Source: a bacterium UBP1_UBA4783 (lineage in GTDB: Bacteria; Krumholzibacteriota; Krumholzibacteriia; Krumholzibacteriales; Krumholzibacteriaceae). Taken from it: a DNA stretch of 64,000 nucleotides. Shown piece after piece: positions 57,214 to 64,000 of the stretch. The position numbers and the translations under genes were made by a program. The notes under the pieces are model-generated. The model ran no database searches and had not been told where the DNA came from. It saw nothing but the letters and a program-made list of their open reading frames with translations. The stretch is taken from contig DHHB01000035.1 in NCBI GenBank assembly GCA_002403075.1, positions 22,886 to 86,885 of the forward strand, read 5' to 3'. Each line of letters starts with the position of its first letter. The stretch's first letter is position 1.

Positions 57214-58170
57214 ATGCTTATGGATATGACGACCCTGAAATGCCTCGTATCGCTCGCCGACCTCGGGAGCCTCACCGCCGCGGCGGACGCGAACCACATC
57301 ACTCAGCCGGCCGTGAGCATCAGGCTGCGCAAGCTCGAGGTGGAGCTCGGCGCGAAGCTCTTCTACGCGAGCGGGCGCAGGATCCGTTTCACGGCCGCGG
57401 GCGAGGCCGCGCTCGCCTCCGCCCGCCGCATCCTTCGGGACGCGGGGGAGCTCGCCCGCGAGCTCTCCGACCTCGAGGGGCTCGCGAGGGGGCGCATCGC
57501 GATCGGAACGATCGACGCGGCGAGTTCCTACGTGTTGCCGCCGGTTTTTTCCCGGTTCCGCGAGCGGTATCCGGGGATCGAGATACATCTCGAGGTGACG
57601 GCTACCTCGCCTCTCGTGCGGGCGCTCCGCGCCGGATCGCTCGAGCTCGTCGTCGGGACGCTCCCCGTCGAGCGCGGCGCCGATCTCGAGGTTCATCCGG
57701 TCTATCGCGAGCGTCTCGTTCTCATCGCCCCTCCCGGGCACCGTCTCGCCCGGGCGCGTCGGCTCTCGCCGGCGGATCTCGAGGAGGAGCCGTTCATCTC
57801 GTTCCACGAGGGGGCTACGACGAGGCGCATCATCGAGGAGGGGCTCGCGCGCCACGGCGTCTCTCCCCGCGTCACGATCACGACGGATAGCCCCGAGGCC
57901 ATACGGAGCCTCGTCGCGGCGGGTCTCGGGCTCGCCTTCCTGCCGGAGCGCCTCGTACGGGACGACGTCCGCAGGGGCGCCGTTCGGTCTCCGAAGATGG
58001 CGGGCCTCTCCCTCGAGCGCACGCTCGGGATCGTCGTCCCCGCTCGAGGGTACTTGAGCGCGACGGTGCGCGCGTTTCTCGCCGTGCTCTCGGCCGAGCT
58101 CGACGCGGATCTGCCGCGGCGTCTCACGGCGGGCGTCTCGATCCGCTCAGCGGCGCCGCCGCGGCGATGA
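57214..58170 (+). CDS. LysR-family transcriptional regulator
   Basis: N-terminal wHTH (SLTAAADANHITQPAVSIRLRKLEVELGAKLF) plus a LysR substrate-binding domain. 318 aa. Confidence 0.9.
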   Translation: MLMDMTTLKCLVSLADLGSLTAAADANHITQPAVSIRLRKLEVELGAKLFYASGRRIRFTAAGEAALASARRILRDAGELARELSDLEGLARGRIAIGTIDAASSYVLPPVFSRFRERYPGIEIHLEVTATSPLVRALRAGSLELVVGTLPVERGADLEVHPVYRERLVLIAPPGHRLARARRLSPADLEEEPFISFHEGATTRRIIEEGLARHGVSPRVTITTDSPEAIRSLVAAGLGLAFLPERLVRDDVRRGAVRSPKMAGLSLERTLGIVVPARGYLSATVRAFLAVLSAELDADLPRRLTAGVSIRSAAPPRR

Positions 58171-59009
58171 GGAAAGGAGCCACGATGCGCGATCGGAGGG
58201 AAGCGGCCCGCCGCGCGGCGCTCGCCGCGGGCGCCTTTCTGCGCGAACGGTTCGAACGGGGGTTCGCGGGAGAGATCGCGGAGAAGGGGAGGAACGATTT
58301 CGTGACGGCGTACGACACGGGAAGCGAGGCGATCATCAGGGGGATCCTCGCCGCCGCGTTCCCCGGCGTCGGGCTGCTCGCGGAGGAGTCCGCGGCCGCC
58401 GTGGCCGGGGATTCATTCTGGATCGTCGATCCGCTCGACGGCACGACCAATTTCATTCACGGCTACCAAGCGGTCGCCGTGAGCATCGCGCTCTGGGAGC
58501 GAGGGGACGTGGTGCTCGGATGCGCCTACGACCCGCTCCGGAACGAGCTCTTCGAGGCCGAGCGCGGCGGCGGCGCGACGTTGAACGGCGCCCCGATCCG
58601 CGTGTCGAACGAGACGGCGATCGAGCGGTGCCTGCTCGGAACGGGTTTCCCTTTCAGCGCGCCCGCGCACATCGGCCCCTATCTCGGGACGTTCCGGGAC
58701 CTTTTCGGCCTCTGCCGCGACATACGCAGGGCGGGGGCCGCCGTGCTCGATCTCTGCCACGTGGCCTGCGGCCGCCTCGACGGCTTCTGGGAGCTCTATC
58801 TCAAGCCGTGGGACACGGCCGCCGGGGCTCTCATCGTCCGGGAGGCCGGCGGAGCGACGAGCGACTTTTTCGGCGAATCCGGGTTCCTCGAATCGGGGAA
58901 CGTCGTCGCCGGCCCCGCCGCGATCCACGGGCGCATCGTCGAGGTCACGAGGCGGCATTTCACGCCCGCCGGCGTCGCCGGTCTCGCCACGCATTTCATC
59001 GGGAGATAA
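58167..59009 (+). CDS. suhB: inositol monophosphatase family protein
   Basis: Motifs LLAEE, WIVDPLDGTTNF and WDTAAGALIVREAGG. ATG 58167 overlaps the LysR stop (ATGA). Confidence 0.88.
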   Translation: MRKGATMRDRREAARRAALAAGAFLRERFERGFAGEIAEKGRNDFVTAYDTGSEAIIRGILAAAFPGVGLLAEESAAAVAGDSFWIVDPLDGTTNFIHGYQAVAVSIALWERGDVVLGCAYDPLRNELFEAERGGGATLNGAPIRVSNETAIERCLLGTGFPFSAPAHIGPYLGTFRDLFGLCRDIRRAGAAVLDLCHVACGRLDGFWELYLKPWDTAAGALIVREAGGATSDFFGESGFLESGNVVAGPAAIHGRIVEVTRRHFTPAGVAGLATHFIGR

Positions 59010-59016
59010 AAAATAC

Positions 59017-59040
59017 GGGGCCGCGGTTTCCCGCGGCCCC
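59017..59040 (-). terminator. intrinsic terminator (T-tract on the minus strand) for the 59068-60183 gene
   Basis: GGGGCCGCGG-TTTC-CCGCGGCCCC. On the minus strand it is followed by TATTTTTTA. Confidence 0.6.
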
Positions 59041-59067
59041 GCCGCACAGGATGAACGCACGGCGCGG

Positions 59068-60183
59068 TCAGAGGTTCGGGCTGCAGTTCATGCCCCACAC
59101 GCCGTGGAAGCATCCCGCGCCGTTCTCCGCGTCCATCATCCAGTTTCCCCTGAGCCTTCCGATCACGTCCGCGCGTCCGACCCACTCGCCGGCGAAGAAG
59201 CCGAGCGGATAGCGGCAGCCTTCGACCTCTTCATGCCGCGCGCCGTACTCGCCGCGCAGGATCCCCATGAAGCGTCCGCTCGTGTCGATGTACTTTCCGA
59301 AGAACACGCGCGCGCCGTCGCTGTTCACGCCGAAGACGCCGCGCAGATGGCCTGCGATCCGGCCGCCGGCGCCGATCCAGACGCCGCGGAAACGGCCGTA
59401 CACGACGCCGTTCGAATCGGGCGGCGCGATGCTGTCTGGCGGGAGGAGCTTCCAGGCGCCCGCGAGCTGGCCGTGCGGGCACAGCGGAGGCTGGGCGACG
59501 CTCGCGATCGATATGCCGTTGCCGCAGCGGTCGACGGGCTCGATGAGACGGAGCGCCGCGAGCTCCTCGATCGCGAAGGTCCGGCTGAAGGGCCCGGTGG
59601 TCAAAACGAGGCGCGGCGCGGCCCGGTCGGCGCTCGCGCTGTCCCCGGGCGGGGGCGGCGGCACGACGAGCTTCACGTGGATGCCGTCGACGTGGGGTCC
59701 CGTGCCGGAGACCCAGCCGATCGTCGACGGATCGACGCGGTAGAGGGAGTCCTCGGGCTCGAAGGCGATCGTCCGGTGGACGGCTATGACGCCCCCTTCG
59801 AGGGAGAGCGTTCCGGACCAGTCGAGCGGGCACGGATCGGTTCGAGTCGAGTCGTCGAGGTTCCACAGGGCTCCCCAGACGGCGCGGAGCTCGAATATCC
59901 GGGCGCCCCGGGCGCGGAACTGCGTCTGATACTCGTAGGTGTTCTCGATCGGATCGTTCACCGGCTCTTCGAGCGAGAGCGCCTCGTACTGCTCCGGCTC
60001 TCCGAAAGCGGGAGCCTCGTCCGAGGTCGTGAATCCGCCCGTCGGGGAATCGAGATCGACGCCGCTCTCGGGCGCCTGCGGGACCGGATACGGCGACGTC
60101 GGCGAATCCTCGCTCGAGAAGCACCCCGAAAGGAAGGCGACGAACGCGAGCGCGGCCGTCGCGACAAGGATCCTTTTCATCAT
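59068..60183 (-). CDS. hypothetical lipoprotein
   Basis: ATG 60183 lies 6 nt after GGAGG. Lipobox FLSGC. No recognisable domain. Confidence 0.65.
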   Translation of the reverse strand: MMKRILVATAALAFVAFLSGCFSSEDSPTSPYPVPQAPESGVDLDSPTGGFTTSDEAPAFGEPEQYEALSLEEPVNDPIENTYEYQTQFRARGARIFELRAVWGALWNLDDSTRTDPCPLDWSGTLSLEGGVIAVHRTIAFEPEDSLYRVDPSTIGWVSGTGPHVDGIHVKLVVPPPPPGDSASADRAAPRLVLTTGPFSRTFAIEELAALRLIEPVDRCGNGISIASVAQPPLCPHGQLAGAWKLLPPDSIAPPDSNGVVYGRFRGVWIGAGGRIAGHLRGVFGVNSDGARVFFGKYIDTSGRFMGILRGEYGARHEEVEGCRYPLGFFAGEWVGRADVIGRLRGNWMMDAENGAGCFHGVWGMNCSPNL

Positions 60184-60396
60184 GTCAACCTCCACGCTTC
60201 ACCGATTGGATATTTCACGGCCGGTTCGCTGATGCGACGGCCGGCTTGTTGCGGGAGTTACGACCCCGCCCCCGATGCCATTCCTTGCAGGCCCGATGCC
60301 CGTCCGGGAGCTTTCGGATAATAAGTCGTAACGCCTTATTTTACATAATAATATATGAATGATGCGATGTCCCGCGCGAGGCCGCCCGCCGTCATT

Positions 60397-60416
60397 CGTG
60401 AACGGATCCGTTCACG
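60397..60416. repeat. perfect 20-bp palindrome in a 348-bp intergenic region
   Basis: CGTGAACGGATCCGTTCACG is its own reverse complement. No adjacent T-tract. Confidence 0.9.
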
Positions 60417-60531
60417 ACTCGGGAAACGGTGTTCCCTCCGGTGCAGGGCGGGGAGGTCCCGTGCCGGGAGCAGAGGAGGCGTTCGTTTGACGGAAGCGTC
60501 CGACGGGGCGGGGCCCCGGGCGGAGGACGGA

Positions 60532-62805
60532 TCATCCGCTCCGTCCGCGAACGAAGAGCCCGAGCGCCCTCGCCGCCCGGTCGATCTTCCTGAAGCAGGG
60601 GATGCCCGCGTCCTCGATCATGCGGACCGCCGGATCGTAGAGCGCCCCGGAGTTGAGACACGCGACCATCGGCTTTTCAGTCGCGCGGAACACGCGGATC
60701 GTGACGTTCGGATAGGAGTTCTCGCGGCGGATGTCCTCGTCGTGCCCCTCTCCGGACGGGAGGTTCTCCATGAAGGGCGTCGGCGCGACGTTCGCGGCCA
60801 CGAGGCAGTCGACGCCGTCGTCGGAAAGGATCGCCTCGAGGCAGCGGCCGTAGTTCACGGCGTTCGTGAGCGGCGTCGCGTCGACCGGATTGTGGACGTC
60901 GATGATGCCGGGCGGGAGCGACGCGCGAAGATTTCGCTCCGTCGCCTCCGAGAAACGGGCGAGCGCGAGCGTATCGAGCGTGTCAGCCGCGACGGAGCAT
61001 TCGAACCCGGCGTTCGAGAAGATGCCCACGCGGCGGCCCGCCGCACGCTTTCCCTCGAGAAGCACGAAGACCTTGATCGCGTCCTCGACGTCGTCGAGGC
61101 CTTCGAGCACGATGACCCCGGCCTCCTCGAGGAGGCGTTTCAACACGGTGTAGTTCCCCGCCATCGCCGCCGTGTGGGAGGCGACCGCGGCGGCGCCCGC
61201 TTCGGTCCGTCCCGCCTTGTAGAGGATGATGTTCCTGCCGCTCCCCGTGATCTCGCGCGCGGCCGCGAGGAAGCGCTCGCCGTCGTACGGCCTGAGCCCC
61301 TCGAGGTAGAGAACGAAGAGATCGATGCCGGGGTCGTCCTTGAGCGCGAGGAGATAGTCCGACGCCGTCACGTCGATCTGGTTGCCGAAGGTGATCATGT
61401 ACTTCGGGTTGAATACGCGCCCGAGGTTGCTCACGAGCGTGACGAGGTACGCGCCGCTCTGGCTGATCACGGCGCACCGGTCGCCGCGGTCGCCGCCGAA
61501 CGGAAGCTTGTGCTCGGGGATGAAGAACGTGTTGTAACCGCCCGGCTTCGAGACGATCCCCATGCAGTTCGGCCCGTTCACGGCCACCCCGCCGTCGGGC
61601 CGGGAGCGGGCTCTCGCGATCGTCTCGCCGAGACGCGCCTCGAGGGCGCGGCCTTTCTCCGTCTCGCCGAATCCGGCGGAGATGACCGTTATCGACGACG
61701 TTTTCCCCCCGTCGATGAGCTCGTCGAGAAGCGCGGCCGCCTTCTCGTCGGCCGGCACCGTGAAGACCGTCATGTCCGTTTTCTCGGGGATCGCGTCGGC
61801 GCCCGGGAAGGCACGGCAGCCGTCGATCTCCGAGGCGTCGGGATGGAGACAGTAGATGCGTTCGCGCGGGACGCCTCCCCCCATGACGAGGTTCCGCAGG
61901 ATGATCCGCCCCGTGTTCACCTTCGTCGCCGAGGCGCCGACGACGAGCGCGCTCCGCGGCTCGAGGAGCCTTCGGATGAGCTCCGCGGGGGCGTTCCTCG
62001 CTCCGTGTTTCGCCGTCGAGATCCGCATGAGCGCGTCGAGCGGCACGAGCTCTCCCGACGCCGTTATCTGGAGCGGATTCACCTCGAGCTCTTCTATCGT
62101 ATGCGGAGTGGCCGTCGACCGGTGTGAATAGCGCGCGGCGATGCGGGCGAACGCCTCGAGCGCACCGAGGATCTTTTCGCCGTCGACGAGAGCGGCGCTC
62201 CCGCGGGCGCCCCCCGTGATCATCGGGTGGAAGAGCGTCCGGGCGAGCGCCTCTTCCGTCGCGGTCCGGTCCCCCATGGACGAGGCGGCGCGCATGAAAA
62301 GCCCCTTTTCGGGGAGAAGACTCCTCTGGTAGAGCTCGGTCCCCACGCCCCCGAGGCCGCAGAAGACGACGGGGCCGAAGGCGGGATCCTGCCTCAGGGA
62401 GAGGAGAAGCTGATGGGGGATGCAGTCGCGGCCCTCCACGCGCTCGACGACGAGCATGCCCGCGAGAACGACGCCTGCCGTGGCCGCGATGCGGGCGAAA
62501 TCGTCGAAGACCTTCTCGAGCGCCTCGTGCGACCGCGGAGCGAAGCGTATCCCGCCGTGCTCCGTCCGGTGCGGCATGCCGGGGCTCGCGAGCTTGCAGA
62601 CGACCGTGTCGCCGGGGAGCCGGTCGAGCGGGAGTGCGTCGATTTCTCCGGCGTGAGACACGAAGAGGGCCCGGGGAACGCGGAACCCCGCCGCCTCGAG
62701 AAACGCGTACGCCTCGTGCTCTCCGAGATCCCGCCTGCCGCGGTCCGCGAAACGGGCGAGCAGATCGTCCATGGCCCGGAAGCCCTCGTCGTGAGACGCG
62801 CTCAA
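60532..62805 (-). CDS. ADP-forming acetyl/acyl-CoA synthetase (NDP-forming family), fused ATP-grasp + CoA-binding + CoA-ligase domains
   Basis: 757 aa. N-terminal ATP-grasp region, then a CoA-binding region (ALVVGASATKVNTG) and a succinyl-CoA-ligase-like flavodoxin region with a phosphohistidine-loop-like SHTAAMAG. Confidence 0.8.
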   Translation of the reverse strand: MSASHDEGFRAMDDLLARFADRGRRDLGEHEAYAFLEAAGFRVPRALFVSHAGEIDALPLDRLPGDTVVCKLASPGMPHRTEHGGIRFAPRSHEALEKVFDDFARIAATAGVVLAGMLVVERVEGRDCIPHQLLLSLRQDPAFGPVVFCGLGGVGTELYQRSLLPEKGLFMRAASSMGDRTATEEALARTLFHPMITGGARGSAALVDGEKILGALEAFARIAARYSHRSTATPHTIEELEVNPLQITASGELVPLDALMRISTAKHGARNAPAELIRRLLEPRSALVVGASATKVNTGRIILRNLVMGGGVPRERIYCLHPDASEIDGCRAFPGADAIPEKTDMTVFTVPADEKAAALLDELIDGGKTSSITVISAGFGETEKGRALEARLGETIARARSRPDGGVAVNGPNCMGIVSKPGGYNTFFIPEHKLPFGGDRGDRCAVISQSGAYLVTLVSNLGRVFNPKYMITFGNQIDVTASDYLLALKDDPGIDLFVLYLEGLRPYDGERFLAAAREITGSGRNIILYKAGRTEAGAAAVASHTAAMAGNYTVLKRLLEEAGVIVLEGLDDVEDAIKVFVLLEGKRAAGRRVGIFSNAGFECSVAADTLDTLALARFSEATERNLRASLPPGIIDVHNPVDATPLTNAVNYGRCLEAILSDDGVDCLVAANVAPTPFMENLPSGEGHDEDIRRENSYPNVTIRVFRATEKPMVACLNSGALYDPAVRMIEDAGIPCFRKIDRAARALGLFVRGRSG

Positions 62806-62995
62806 CGCTCCTCCTCTTCCGGCGCCCGCCTTCCGCGCGCGATTCGCGCGGGCGGCGCCGCGGCATTCGTGGTATCGTCGGCGGGCGGATGCGTCCCGGG
62901 ACCCCGCTCTCCGGCGTCCCGGGTGCGTCCCATGCTATATTGAACGGAAGCCGGCTGTCGACGGAAATATGGGCGCGGGGGGAACGGAGTCGGAC

Positions 62996-64000
62996 ATGGC
63001 CGCGGCCACGGTCGTGGAACGGGAGATAGAGACGCACCGGCGGCTCATTTCCCGCCTCAACCGCGAGATCTTCGGCGTCGACAAGACGCATCGGTCGCGC
63101 TACATCAGGGAGTTCAACGCGGAGTTCCGCCGCTTCCGGCGCGTCGCGACCGCGGAGAAGGTGCTCGACCGGGCCGCGAAGGCCGACGTCGTCTATTTCG
63201 GCGACTACCATCCGCTCGACTCGAGCCAGGACTGGGCGCTGCGGCTCATGCGCGATCTCACCGCCCGGGGACGCCAGGTCGTGCTCGCGCTCGAGATGAT
63301 ATACGTTCATCAGCAGGAGCACCTCGACCGGTGGATGCAGGGGAGCATGACGGAGGAGGAGTTCCTCGATGCGATCGATTACCGGTCCGAATGGGGGTTC
63401 AATTGGGCGAGCTTCCGCCGGCTGTTCGCGCAGGCCAAGGACCCGTTCATCCCGATCTTCGGCATCGACTCCGAGCCGCGCGAGCACCTTCGCCTCATCC
63501 GCCGCCGGGACCGCCTCGCCGCCCGGCGGATAGCGACGATCCGCCGGTTCTTTCCGAAGCACACGATCCTCGTCGTCGTCGGGGAGTCCCATCTCGCGTC
63601 GAACCATCTGCCCGCGGCGGTGCGGGCGGCGATCGGAGAGCCGTTCCGCGAGACGGTCATCGTGCAGAACGTCGACGAGATCTACTGGGAGCTCCTTCGC
63701 GCCGGCCGCGAGGACGCCGAGGCGGTGGAGATCGACCGCACGCGCTTCTGCCTCGTCACGACCTCGCCTCTCCTCAAGTACCAAGCGTACCGCGACATCA
63801 TCGACGTGTGGGCGGACGGGGAGGAAGGGGACCGGCACACGCCCTTCGTGCACGACGCGATCAAAAGCATTCTGAGCTTCCTCGACGCCGGCGGCCCGAA
63901 GCGAACGGTGACGATACGCAGCGGATGGCGGGAGACGATCGGCGGAGCGCTGCCCGAGGTTCGTTTCCGAAAGACGTACCGGGCGTTCGCGGCCCATCTT
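62996..64000 (+). CDS. ChaN/Tiki-superfamily (Cofac_haem_bdg-like) protein, 3' end beyond the window
   Basis: Not in the ORF track. ATG 62996, then 335 codons open to nt 64000. Motifs DVVYFGDYHP, VLALEM and VVVGESHL match the GxxH...E...GxxH pattern of this superfamily. Confidence 0.6.
   Translation, partial: MAAATVVEREIETHRRLISRLNREIFGVDKTHRSRYIREFNAEFRRFRRVATAEKVLDRAAKADVVYFGDYHPLDSSQDWALRLMRDLTARGRQVVLALEMIYVHQQEHLDRWMQGSMTEEEFLDAIDYRSEWGFNWASFRRLFAQAKDPFIPIFGIDSEPREHLRLIRRRDRLAARRIATIRRFFPKHTILVVVGESHLASNHLPAAVRAAIGEPFRETVIVQNVDEIYWELLRAGREDAEAVEIDRTRFCLVTTSPLLKYQAYRDIIDVWADGEEGDRHTPFVHDAIKSILSFLDAGGPKRTVTIRSGWRETIGGALPEVRFRKTYRAFAAHL

Noticed and set aside
60983-63997. 1004-aa minus-strand ORF
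   Set aside because: It is out of frame over the acyl-CoA synthetase and antisense to the ChaN-like ORF. Its Arg-rich composition (RRRR, GRRG runs) is typical of GC shadow frames.

Overview
This is a very GC-rich bacterial chromosomal segment (I did not compute a value). AT-rich stretches are confined to intergenic promoter regions. About 56 protein-coding genes are densely packed on both strands. I found no rRNA, tRNA, CRISPR array, transposase, integrase or phage genes.

Gene content, in order:
- A 5'-partial CCG-type Fe-S oxidoreductase, etfB-etfA and an acyl-CoA dehydrogenase.
- A monothiol TlpA-like lipoprotein, a LytS/LytTR two-component pair, lpdA and an M16 peptidase.
- A 57-aa 2x[4Fe-4S] ferredoxin (absent from the ORF track), then selD, which I read as a selenocysteine (in-frame UGA) gene.
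- queH, an M23 peptidase, and a YprB/MrfB-like exonuclease with a YprA/MrfA-like DEAH helicase.
- sdhCDAB, a Tat-signal Ntn asparaginase, pyrE and several lipoproteins, TPR proteins and outer-membrane proteins.
- glpX, rarA, an SLC13 permease, a PP2C phosphatase, and class II RNR nrdJ with a recognisable promoter and tandem boxes.
- A flavin reductase, an MFS exporter, a papain-like C1 peptidase, hemW-lepA, a P-type ATPase and a beta-carbonic anhydrase.
- A 1214-aa gingipain-like C25 protease, acyP and htrA.
- A myo-inositol module (ino1, LysR regulator, IMPase), an ADP-forming acyl-CoA synthetase and a 3'-partial ChaN/Tiki-like gene.

Lineage (inference only): the FlgD-Ig/T9SS-type C-terminal domains, the collagen-triplet lipoprotein and the C25 protease suggest an uncultivated FCB-superphylum-like organism.

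I do not see a convincing, wholly novel multi-gene system. The strongest observations are the recoded selD, the MrfB/MrfA-like pair, the C25 protease with a sorting domain shared by a second gene, and the inositol cassette. Many very long ORFs in the track are GC-driven antisense shadows and were rejected.
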